Assembly (NCBI GenBank): GCA_964643995.1
Contig: CAZXUJ010000002.1
Coordinates: forward strand, 114,125 to 178,124
DNA length: 64,000 nt
Origin: an uncultured Candidatus Saccharibacteria bacterium
GTDB lineage: Bacteria > Patescibacteriota > WWE3 > UBA101185 > UBA10185
Direction of reading: 5' to 3'
Of this stretch, positions 30,019 through 38,420 are shown in pieces (the stretch's first letter is position 1; the number at the start of each line of letters is the position of its first letter). The position numbers were made by a program, and so were the translations under genes. Below the pieces are notes generated by a model. The model was not told the origin of the DNA, searched no databases, and saw only the letters and a list, made by a program, of their open reading frames with translations.

Positions 30019-30546
30019 CTAGTCAGTCCTCCAGTTAGAAACATCAGTGAAAATGTGAGAGGACTGTGCATCATTTCCTACCATCCACGTAACTTCTATA
30101 TTTATTCTAAGTACTGGGTCGGTGGTGCTTATTATATTGGTGTTATCACCAACCTCCTGAACAGGGTCAGTTACAGAGAAAGAGTATGAAAGTTCATTAA
30201 CAGTACCTACTTCCTCTGTGAAAACACCACTATTTATTACGAGATTGTAACTGTTGTCCACAGACATATAGCAATCACCACTGTTAACACAACCAAAAGC
30301 GTTTATGGCAGCTACAAACACGTCCCAGTTTCTGCTATCTCTATAAGCTCTAACCAACTCCAACTGTTCATTTGCCGATTTAGAGCCGCGTAGTAAAAGT
30401 TTGCCTCGACTGGAGGATCTAAGAGTGTATACAGATAGGGAAACTAGGGACGTTATTACAACAATCGCCAACCCTAGTGCCGCAATTATTTCGATTAGAC
30501 CTATACCACTTTCTGACTTGTTAAAATAATTTAGTTTGTAGGACAT
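30019..30546 (-). CDS. prepilin-like minor pilin (divergent cleavage motif)
   Basis: 'SESGIGLIEIIAALGLAIVV' is a G|xxLIE-type N-terminus. Confidence 0.55.
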   Translation of the reverse strand: MSYKLNYFNKSESGIGLIEIIAALGLAIVVITSLVSLSVYTLRSSSRGKLLLRGSKSANEQLELVRAYRDSRNWDVFVAAINAFGCVNSGDCYMSVDNSYNLVINSGVFTEEVGTVNELSYSFSVTDPVQEVGDNTNIISTTDPVLRINIEVTWMVGNDAQSSHIFTDVSNWRTD

Positions 30547-31088
30547 CGCTCTCCCACGGGAATAGGATTATTGCCCGTATAAGTATATACTGTACCAACT
30601 CTATTTACGGCTACTTTATAGGTAGTACCACCCGAAGGATATCGCAGGTTAACTTCGCTGGAGCTTCGACATACTGCATCACCATCTTCGAAGCTGAAAA
30701 AGATACAAATATCATCATCCATGACTTGTATGTTTGCTGGTAACGCCTCTGATTGCTCGTAAGACGACATTGTACCTATTACAGTTGTACACAAGTTGCC
30801 AAGGCCAGAAGCCGCGAGATCGGTTGCAAAATAAGAGTATCTTCCTGTTTCCTTTCTAAACGCTATACCCCAATATGTCGGGGAAGTTAAATTTTGTTTT
30901 ACGCCATTGAGCGCGCGTATTTGAACACCACGAATATCGCTTTTTATTTGATCCTGGGCCTGACGTAAATTTTGATTAGTGATATAGTTGTTAAAGCTTG
31001 GGATCGCCATACCTGTAATAGTTGCTATGATAGCTATTACAACCATCAACTCTAAGAGTGTAAATCCAGCTTGGGCAGACCTTAACAT
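30531..31088 (-). CDS. prepilin-type minor pilin
   Basis: 'MLRSAQAG|FTLLELMVVIAII'. The probable start is the internal Met (at 31088) of the 30531..31109 ORF. Confidence 0.65.
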   Translation of the reverse strand: MLRSAQAGFTLLELMVVIAIIATITGMAIPSFNNYITNQNLRQAQDQIKSDIRGVQIRALNGVKQNLTSPTYWGIAFRKETGRYSYFATDLAASGLGNLCTTVIGTMSSYEQSEALPANIQVMDDDICIFFSFEDGDAVCRSSSEVNLRYPSGGTTYKVAVNRVGTVYTYTGNNPIPVGERCPTN

Positions 31089-31114
31089 ACTAAAATGATA
31101 ACACAACAAACTTG

Positions 31115-31606
31115 CTAAAGTATTGTTAAATCGTCACCTAACTCATAAAGTAGGGGATTATTTCCTCCATCATTCTCGGCATACTCGGAATAATATTCTA
31201 AACGAGCATTCAACTCATATGTGTAGCCATTGTGTTGATAATAATAGTGATAACTTGCATTATTGGTAGGATCTAGAGGCAGTCTGTTTACAAAAGCAGA
31301 AAAATTAGCATCTATCCAGCCGTCAGTTACATCAAACAGCGGTCCCATGTTGCCTGATGGTAATGCAGTACTTTCCCTAAGCATATCGACAGTATCTGGA
31401 TACCTATCATTATCTATCTTGAACTCATTAATAATGTTTTCAAGTGTCGACATATCGCTTAGACGCTTTTCATCGCGGGCACGCTGGCGTATTTCAGAAG
31501 GACTTATTGATAAAGCTAACCCACCAATTACAAAAAGGAAAATAGCGAATGCTACAAGAATGCTTATTAAGGAGTAACCAAGATTGTTAGGGGTTTTCGA
31601 CACCAT
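31115..31606 (-). CDS. pilin-like protein with degenerate class III signal
   Basis: 'MVSKTPNNLG|YSLISILVAFAIFLFV' lacks Glu at +5. The probable start is the internal Met at 31606. Confidence 0.45.
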   Translation of the reverse strand: MVSKTPNNLGYSLISILVAFAIFLFVIGGLALSISPSEIRQRARDEKRLSDMSTLENIINEFKIDNDRYPDTVDMLRESTALPSGNMGPLFDVTDGWIDANFSAFVNRLPLDPTNNASYHYYYQHNGYTYELNARLEYYSEYAENDGGNNPLLYELGDDLTIL

Positions 31607-32162
31607 AGCAAAAGTCTGAAGTTGCCGGTGGGTTCGCCGCGCACCCATCATAGGCATCCCATGAGTTTAATGTGTGACACTCGTGCCCGTTGTTAGAGGT
31701 TGCAACCTCCATTTGGGCAGTCAACAGATAGATATCTCCCGTAGCCGTGGTCCGATAGTTGTATCGAAAGTTCGTAGGTATAGTGCAAGGGCTAGCGTTG
31801 ATACCTACCGGTGTGGGTTCGATAGGTACGGCATTAATATAGCTGGGAGATAAAGCGGTTGATAACGCATCAGTTCCTGTGATTCTGAGCCAAGCATTAG
31901 GACCAGGATATCTTCTAAAGTCAGCAAAATAAAGTTCAAGAGCCGACTGTATCTTTTTTAAATCAGCAATTCTAGTATTATCTCTAGACTTTTGCCTAAT
32001 ACCTTGAGAATTAATAACAGTTAAAATCAAACCTGCTAAAACACCTATAATCATGATTACTATCAAAAGTTCAACTAAGGTGAAACCTTTTTGTTTTTCA
32101 GGTGGTGTATTTTGGGCAGACATGCTTCTGTAATTATACATATTTTTAACAAGGGGAACCAT
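31587..32162 (-). CDS. type IV pilin
   Basis: 'PEKQKG|FTLVELLIVIMIIGVLAGL' and the GspG/PilA-like helix 'RDNTRIADLKKIQSALELYF'. Confidence 0.7.
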   Translation of the reverse strand: MVPLVKNMYNYRSMSAQNTPPEKQKGFTLVELLIVIMIIGVLAGLILTVINSQGIRQKSRDNTRIADLKKIQSALELYFADFRRYPGPNAWLRITGTDALSTALSPSYINAVPIEPTPVGINASPCTIPTNFRYNYRTTATGDIYLLTAQMEVATSNNGHECHTLNSWDAYDGCAANPPATSDFCYGVENP

Positions 32163-32646
32163 CTCTCGTCACACAATCCAAAATTTCGTCTACTAGGCAA
32201 GACGTCGCACATTCTTTTGCAATTGATCCAGAGCAGGCAGGATTGTTACCCGAAACAGGCTTAGATACGAATTTAAAATATTTAGATGGGTCTGTAGCCA
32301 TAGGGACGGAAATACACAAAGCATCGTTTGGATAGGATTTATACTGGTACAAAGCGTCCAGAGGCCAGTTGTTAACATACGTCTCTAAACCAGTGTTGTC
32401 ATTGAGTGGGTTGCCGTCATTGTTTATATCAACTGGGAATGTTCCGCGAGATGCCACAAAAGACGAAACACCGGTAACTAAATTATTTAGAGTTGCTTGA
32501 CGAACACTATCTTCAGCCTTATTACGATACAATGGACCATTTAATATAGACAACACCAACCCAGCTAAAATACCAACTATTGTTATAACTACTAAAAGCT
32601 CGACTAATGTGAATCCTTGAATTTTTTTTATGGGGGAGATCATCAT
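32146..32646 (-). CDS. type IV pilin
   Basis: 'MMISPIKKIQG|FTLVELLVVITIVGILAGL'. The start was moved to the Met-Met at 32646, because the ORF-track start at 32667 lies inside a 13-bp hairpin. Confidence 0.7.
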   Translation of the reverse strand: MMISPIKKIQGFTLVELLVVITIVGILAGLVLSILNGPLYRNKAEDSVRQATLNNLVTGVSSFVASRGTFPVDINNDGNPLNDNTGLETYVNNWPLDALYQYKSYPNDALCISVPMATDPSKYFKFVSKPVSGNNPACSGSIAKECATSCLVDEILDCVTRDGSPC

Positions 32647-32652
32647 TTGATG

Positions 32653-32684
32653 GCATATGCCCTGCACTTACGCAGGGCATATGC
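32653..32684 (-). other. perfect 13-bp stem-loop between two pilin genes (an attenuator or mRNA-processing/stability element)
   Basis: gcatatgccctgc-acttac-gcagggcatatgc: zero mismatches, a 6-nt loop, and it ends 7 nt upstream of the downstream pilin's ATG. Confidence 0.5.
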
Positions 32685-32691
32685 TCTTTGG

Positions 32692-33276
32692 TTAATTCAA
32701 CTCTACACAGCCTCCTAAAGCACCACTAATCGCCAATGTTGTAGGACAGGTATAGAAACCCTCATTTATAACACCACCTGTTTCAGCATATTCATATACG
32801 AAGGACTGAGGAGGGTTAGCAACTCCACGAACACCTATTCTGAAAGAATCAACCGTTCGGTAATACTTAAACTCACACTGTACTGCACCACCTGTTCCGG
32901 TCCAGTTTTCAGAAGCACAGTCCGCACCAAGTGAAATACCATCAACGGAAAATTCACATTGGGTAGTAGCGTTTGTTACTGTCGAAGCACAGTCTCCAAC
33001 ATCATTTATTGTATCCGCAGCACCTCCAACACCACTAAAGAATTCTGCAAGTGACGGAGCACGCTCCGTTGTTCTAGGGGACGACACAAAAAGTGACTTT
33101 CCTGCTAGCGCCATCTTGTTTAGAGAAGATCTAAATGTTGCATCTCTAGCTCGATTCTGTTGTTGAATAGGATTTAACACGCCGATAACTACTCCGGCTA
33201 AAATACCTATAATAACAATAACTATTAACAACTCAATAAGAGTAAAACCCCTACTATTCAATCTATGTTTGGTCAT
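32692..33276 (-). CDS. type IV pilin (candidate abundant pilin of this block)
   Basis: 'MTKHRLNSRG|FTLIELLIVIVIIGILAGV'. It is followed by the strong stem-loop. Confidence 0.7.
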   Translation of the reverse strand: MTKHRLNSRGFTLIELLIVIVIIGILAGVVIGVLNPIQQQNRARDATFRSSLNKMALAGKSLFVSSPRTTERAPSLAEFFSGVGGAADTINDVGDCASTVTNATTQCEFSVDGISLGADCASENWTGTGGAVQCEFKYYRTVDSFRIGVRGVANPPQSFVYEYAETGGVINEGFYTCPTTLAISGALGGCVELN

Positions 33277-33391
33277 TTGGTTGCACCTCCTTTCGACAAT
33301 AATTTATTTTTGCAAATATGAAGTTCAGTTTGAGTAATTCGTAAAGTTTTCATTGGGCAGATCATTCTTAAGTAAGTATGATTTCTATCAA

Positions 33392-34306
33392 CTACTGTGT
33401 CAAGTTATCCTTTGAATAAAATGAGAAATCAAATACTGCCGGTGTGTAAGAGAAAGATTTAAACACTGTAACATCGCGGGCAATACCGTCTGTATTTACA
33501 AGTTCACCTCGCGTTGTGATTTTATAACCTTGCATAGGCAGGGCAGGGGTAGGGAACAATCGTCCATCATCTATAGCATCGCCTAAAGCTCTAATTCTTA
33601 ATCCCTGCGGGTCACTGACACCATTAGCACCTGAAACAACTACGGTGTAACAATGATCGTATTCTGGGTGTCCTGCGGAACTCCCGGAGGAAGCAGTTTC
33701 GGCATTGCCATAAGTCCACTGATGGCAATTTTGTGTGGAACAACGCACTATATCGTTTACGTTGTCTCCCAAGTCATTATAGACACGGTAATATAAATCA
33801 GCATTGCCATCCCAACATACTTCTACCTCAGGCTGACCATATCCATCCAAGAATATCTCTTTAACGTCATTTGCTGGAATTGAGAACACCGAGGAATAGC
33901 CATTGTCTGGATCAGTAACGTCATACTCCTCAACCGTAACTGCGGAACGCACCTCTATAGGATCTTGCCCGGTACCACTCTGTGCGGTAAAACGTACAAA
34001 ACATGTTCCGGAACTTGTAACCCATTCCCCACTTAAAATACCTGTGCATTCAGACGAACTTATACCATTAGTGGCCAGACTATCCAGATCGTTGTTACTC
34101 AGGGTCAAAGTTCTTTCTGCAGCTCCCTCAGCCGCGGCTAGAGCACGCTGTGAGGTATCCGTATCTGCGACAGTGGAAACAGAATTTATAGTTTCCAAGG
34201 ACAAACCAATACCCAAAGCTAAAGCTATAGTCATGGTTATAACAACAAACAACAAGGCCTGTCCTAATTCATTTCTTTTCAAGTCAATGTTTATCAAAGG
34301 TTTCAT
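33392..34306 (-). CDS. PilX-like pilus-associated protein (N-terminal TM + secreted domain)
   Basis: 'ELGQALLFVVITMTIALALGIGLS' N-terminus. No enzymatic motif, and it lies within the minor-pilin operon. Confidence 0.4.
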   Translation of the reverse strand: MKPLINIDLKRNELGQALLFVVITMTIALALGIGLSLETINSVSTVADTDTSQRALAAAEGAAERTLTLSNNDLDSLATNGISSSECTGILSGEWVTSSGTCFVRFTAQSGTGQDPIEVRSAVTVEEYDVTDPDNGYSSVFSIPANDVKEIFLDGYGQPEVEVCWDGNADLYYRVYNDLGDNVNDIVRCSTQNCHQWTYGNAETASSGSSAGHPEYDHCYTVVVSGANGVSDPQGLRIRALGDAIDDGRLFPTPALPMQGYKITTRGELVNTDGIARDVTVFKSFSYTPAVFDFSFYSKDNLTQ

Positions 34307-34326
34307 TGTGTTTCAATGATAACTAA

Positions 34327-36585
34327 TTATGGACTGACTTTCCATATGACATCTTGTTCCATTACTCCAGAATTTTCGGTCAACTCACGCCCATAAATTG
34401 GATTGTATTTGACAAGTGCCGCAGGATATAAGGCATTGCTTAACCCCAAATTGCGTCGAAGTTCAATGTTAACAGTAGTGACATCAGACGACCCAGCAAC
34501 AAAAGGTCCCTCTAACAAAATTATTTTGTCTGGTTGCCCAGGAAAATTGGGGGAATAGCTTGAACCAAAGGTTATAGTGTGCTGTGCAATTAACCCAATT
34601 TGTAAATGAGCAGGACTAGTGGCAAGGTTACCAATTGTTGCAACTGTGGTTCCTACATCAGGAGCAATATAGACCGGGCGCTGACTTATAATTAAAATAC
34701 GACGATCAGTATGTTGTGATGTAAAACTCTGAGGAAAAGTTAGTGAACCAGCACTACCAGTTACATATAGCACAGCCACACCAGCCCCACCACCAAGATT
34801 ATAGTCATCATTATTTAACAGATAGCTATTTACTAGGCCAATTTCGGCGCGATATACACGACCGGTTTGCATGGTGTTCAAGCCCTGCGCATTTGTAAGG
34901 TTGGTAGCACCCGCTGGGGGCGTAAAACTAAAGGTGGAAGGCCAAAATCCTCCAGTAAAACCATCTATATACTTACCACCCTCAACCAAACGATCTGGTG
35001 ACACCTGTATATCTTCACCAAAAACTGCTACTTCGCGACTTCCACCATGAAATGTCAGATAGGGCTCTACACCACTATTTGGTGCAACAACCCCAGATAC
35101 ATTCGCCGCGATAACTTCGCCGTATGTATCACCATCCAAACTTGCAAACCAACCGTCATCATAGGGATTCTCCAAGACATAACCAAAATTATACCCAGCT
35201 AAATTAGTGTTGAAATTGGCTACAGGTATAGAAGCAAGAGTAGGGCTATATGTCCATGTACCAGAGTTGCCAGCTTTTATACACTGGTATCTGTACTGAA
35301 TTCCGACAGCAGCCAAATCGGGATCATTGGAACTCACCACAGTTCTATTCAACGATACAGCTCCTGCAGCGCCAGGTAAGTTCGTAATTGTATAGTTGGA
35401 GTTTCCTGCATTAACATTTGCGGATCTGCTATAACTATACGTGGTAACATTAAACGTGGCAGTTACTGGGTCTGCAGTAAGATTGGCCACGGAATGCAAA
35501 CTTGATTGCCCAGCGACTGGGGTGCAGGTGTTCCCACTAACCGTGACATAATTCAAAGTACCACTTAAAGAATAAGGTGTACAGGTATTCACAAAAAATG
35601 CAGCACCGGGGACGTCTGCAGACAGCGCGCCATTCGCAGCTTCAGCTTGAACACTCCATCCTAGATATTGCCCGGGCACAAAAGACATAATCGCAGGCTG
35701 AATACCGATCGTTGCAGTACAGGTTGCACCATTACAGGAACCACTAGTGCTAGTATTTGCGCTTGGGGGAATATATCTCCACCAATCATTTGCACTCACC
35801 CATTCGGGATTAGTCAAATCCTCACGATTAACTCTCAAAATATATCTGACCGCACCCGGAACAGCAGTCCAATTGAATGTGCCAGTACGATAAGGTAAAT
35901 TGTTTCCGGGGTTTACGCAAACATCACTGCGACTTAAAATAACAGGATTTCCAAAAACTTGATATCTGAAGTTGCAATCGGTACCACAGTCATTAGATGC
36001 ATTGGCCTCTTGACTCTCATAGCTGGCTGAGTTTAGCGGGGTATGGGCACCAGAAACTACATTCCAACTTGCCGTATTGTTTGTAGTCTGAGCAGGAGGT
36101 ATGTACCCTGAAGGCGCAGTTTGCGGAGTTGCCATGTTACCTGGCACTCTTACGGCATAAGTATAACCGGCCTCTACGGCATTTGTGAAAACAAAGTAAC
36201 CATTACTGTCAGTGGAATCATAAATTGTTGTGTTAGTACCTGTATCATATAGAGAAACATTTACATTTTGAATCCCAACATTGGTATTAGCGTCCCGGAC
36301 ATAACCCGCAACAGTAATCATTATGTTGCCACCACCACAACAATAAGCACCAGGACACTCTGCATCCCAACCCGAGTTAGTGTTACATTGGTTATTATCG
36401 CAATTACAAGTACACCCATGATCTTCACAACAATCATGTCCCGTTGGAGGGCAAGTGTAACCAGCAGGACAGTCTCCACAGGTATGGTGCGCATAAACAG
36501 GTGAAGTAGCTGTAGAGGTAAAAGTAACAACTACAAAAAACCCAAACAAAACCAAAATATGTCTAGTAAAATTATTTTTCTTCAT
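34327..36585 (-). CDS. large secreted Cys-rich protein with CnaB/carboxypeptidase-regulatory-like beta-sandwich; candidate pilus-associated adhesin
   Basis: Signal peptide 'MKKNNFTRHILVLFGFFVVVTFTSTATSPVYA', a Cys-rich module 'CGDCPAGYTCPPTGHDCCEDHGCTCNCDNNQCN', then 'ITVAGYVRDANTNVGIQNVNVSLYD...SNGYFVF' (CnaB-like), then a long Thr/Ser/Asn/Gly-rich region. Confidence 0.55.
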   Translation of the reverse strand: MKKNNFTRHILVLFGFFVVVTFTSTATSPVYAHHTCGDCPAGYTCPPTGHDCCEDHGCTCNCDNNQCNTNSGWDAECPGAYCCGGGNIMITVAGYVRDANTNVGIQNVNVSLYDTGTNTTIYDSTDSNGYFVFTNAVEAGYTYAVRVPGNMATPQTAPSGYIPPAQTTNNTASWNVVSGAHTPLNSASYESQEANASNDCGTDCNFRYQVFGNPVILSRSDVCVNPGNNLPYRTGTFNWTAVPGAVRYILRVNREDLTNPEWVSANDWWRYIPPSANTSTSGSCNGATCTATIGIQPAIMSFVPGQYLGWSVQAEAANGALSADVPGAAFFVNTCTPYSLSGTLNYVTVSGNTCTPVAGQSSLHSVANLTADPVTATFNVTTYSYSRSANVNAGNSNYTITNLPGAAGAVSLNRTVVSSNDPDLAAVGIQYRYQCIKAGNSGTWTYSPTLASIPVANFNTNLAGYNFGYVLENPYDDGWFASLDGDTYGEVIAANVSGVVAPNSGVEPYLTFHGGSREVAVFGEDIQVSPDRLVEGGKYIDGFTGGFWPSTFSFTPPAGATNLTNAQGLNTMQTGRVYRAEIGLVNSYLLNNDDYNLGGGAGVAVLYVTGSAGSLTFPQSFTSQHTDRRILIISQRPVYIAPDVGTTVATIGNLATSPAHLQIGLIAQHTITFGSSYSPNFPGQPDKIILLEGPFVAGSSDVTTVNIELRRNLGLSNALYPAALVKYNPIYGRELTENSGVMEQDVIWKVSP

Positions 36586-36591
36586 AAAATC

Positions 36592-37236
36592 TTAGGGCAA
36601 CAATGCCTCCGAGGTTTCCAAAGCTTCTATTTCACGATCGTTTAAGATTCTGCCTCCGACTGAAACTTCTTTTGCAGAAAAACTGGCATCCTCGTTAACT
36701 TTAATGGTAACACCAAGAGTCACATCTTTAAACCTTTGCAACTTTTCGTAAACGGTAAGATCATAAAAGTCATTTGGAAAAGTATTGATATTGTTTGCTG
36801 GGGAAATCTCAAGGGACGCATCATAAGCAACTCGGATAGTTTGAAGCTTACCCGGATAAGATAATTCAAATTTATTTTCATCTACAGTAACCAACATACC
36901 AACAACTACAAGCTCACAGTAAGTATCTTGCCCAACCGTAACCAATCCTGACGAATAAACTCCAAATCCATCCTTTAGCGGATACGTAGATGCATATGTG
37001 GCACACAAAGCTGATAAATCATTGTTAGGTACAAGCATGACATTTGAATTACTTTTCACGAAATCAGGCCGATTCATCAGTACACCTGTAACAACAATTA
37101 AAACAACAATTAAGAAAAAAACGGCAATGTACACTGGTAAATAGGAGTGACTTGAGGATGGTTCGGGATGTTCAACGGCTAAAGAATCTTGGAAACTAGG
37201 ATTATTCTCCATATGGATATTTTTCCACATGGACAA
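36592..37236 (-). CDS. hypothetical single-TM protein at head of pilus operon
   Basis: 214 aa with one TM helix (YIAVFFLIVVLIVVTGVL) and no recognised motif. Confidence 0.45.
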   Translation of the reverse strand: MSMWKNIHMENNPSFQDSLAVEHPEPSSSHSYLPVYIAVFFLIVVLIVVTGVLMNRPDFVKSNSNVMLVPNNDLSALCATYASTYPLKDGFGVYSSGLVTVGQDTYCELVVVGMLVTVDENKFELSYPGKLQTIRVAYDASLEISPANNINTFPNDFYDLTVYEKLQRFKDVTLGVTIKVNEDASFSAKEVSVGGRILNDREIEALETSEALLP

Positions 37237-37370
37237 CCCATCGTCAATGATGTATACAAAAAAAATAATATACTATCGGTCTAGGAAAAAAGTTGCTATA
37301 ATTCAGAACTAGAGAGATTTGAAAATTTAATATTTTTCTGGATTTTGGAAATCTGGAAAAGGAGCATGAG

Positions 37371-38219
37371 ATGAACACGAAACGAATGAGTTTGATGATA
37401 TTGGTATTGTTTTTGTTATTGATTGTAGGTTGCGTTGCAGAAACTATACCCCCCACAAGGATTACAGTTACTCCAACGGAGGTTTGGAAACCGCTGGCAC
37501 CTGTGGTTATAGAAGTCGTACAGGCAACACTAGGCCCACCGGCAACACTGACTGCAGTACCAACGATAACCCGGGACCCAACGGATACCCCTGTACCAAC
37601 GGTTACAGCGACTGCTACAGCTACAGCTTGGCCAACGTGGACTAACACACCGATGCCAACGGCTACAGCGACTGCTACAGCTACAGCCTGGCCAACCAAT
37701 ACCGTAATGCCAACGGCAACCACGGGACCAACCAACACACCATGGCCAACGCTGGAACCAACCCCGAGTCCGACGGAAACGGCAGTTCCAACGGTAGTAG
37801 CTGCAGGTGGTAGCACAATTCCGTTCGGAACGCCACCCGAAAGCTTAGAAGCGTTGGTGGCATGCCTGGCCCCGATTTACATAACACCGTCTTACGAGAT
37901 GGTGGAATGGACAGGACAGGATGGTACTGTCTGGCACATGGAAAGAGGAAACCTGGCGTCAGTGGATCCAATTGGAAGAACGGTTACATTTGTGAACGGC
38001 GTTGTTGTTCAATATGACGCACCTGCAGTCTATGTGCGTTACCAACGCCAAAGCGGTAACTGGTGGGAATCACCGGAAAACTGGCAAGTTACACCTCAGC
38101 TTTTTACTTGGGAACAAGTTTTGACGGCCATGCAGTTGGCACTTTCCCAAGGTAAGGTTGTTGGCATCCAACGCATTACAGAAAACAGTAACACGTTGGT
38201 AATTTGCCATGCACACTAG
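37371..38219 (+). CDS. lipoprotein with Pro/Thr-rich tandem-repeat linker and C-terminal globular domain
   Basis: Good RBS (aaaaggagcatgagATG), a signal peptide plus lipobox 'LLIVGC', and a repeated 'PTVTATATATAWPT' module. The antisense ORF 37244..37816 is a shadow of the GC-rich repeat. Confidence 0.7.
   Translation: MNTKRMSLMILVLFLLLIVGCVAETIPPTRITVTPTEVWKPLAPVVIEVVQATLGPPATLTAVPTITRDPTDTPVPTVTATATATAWPTWTNTPMPTATATATATAWPTNTVMPTATTGPTNTPWPTLEPTPSPTETAVPTVVAAGGSTIPFGTPPESLEALVACLAPIYITPSYEMVEWTGQDGTVWHMERGNLASVDPIGRTVTFVNGVVVQYDAPAVYVRYQRQSGNWWESPENWQVTPQLFTWEQVLTAMQLALSQGKVVGIQRITENSNTLVICHAH
37596..37760 (+). repeat. tandem repeats of about 60 bp (2.5-3 copies) encoding a PT-rich linker
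   Basis: 'ccaacggttacagcgactgctacagctacagcttggccaac...' recurs at 37596 and 37656 with a few substitutions. GC is well above the window average. Confidence 0.6.
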
Positions 38220-38250
38220 TCTTTTTAAGTAAATAAGTAGGGAGCCTAGA

Positions 38251-38287
38251 AGGGCAGTGATCTTTATGAAAGGAGAATCACTGCCCT
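38251..38287 (+). terminator. stem-loop terminator downstream of lipoprotein gene
   Basis: 11-bp stem agggcagtgat / atcactgccct with a 15-nt loop, followed by a U-rich tail 'aagctttctg'. Confidence 0.45.
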
Positions 38288-38420
38288 AAGCTTTCTGTGG
38301 AGTAGGGGATACATTATATTTTTATAGCTAGGGAATTTTCAAGACCGATAATAATTTAATAGTCAAAGGAGGCCTGATCGTTTTTTAGGCAATTAGACCT
38401 CCCGGTAAACCTTTGGGATA

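Noticed and set aside
32646-32667. ORF-track start codon at 32667 for the 32146.. pilin
   Set aside because: That ATG lies in the loop of the 13-bp hairpin and would give a 19-residue leader. The Met-Met at 32646 gives an 11-residue class III leader, which is typical.
37244-37816. 190-aa minus-strand ORF (Gly/Val/Ala-rich) overlapping the lipoprotein gene
   Set aside because: It is the antisense shadow of the GC-rich PT-repeat region. The plus-strand ORF has an RBS, a signal peptide and a lipobox; the minus ORF has none of these.
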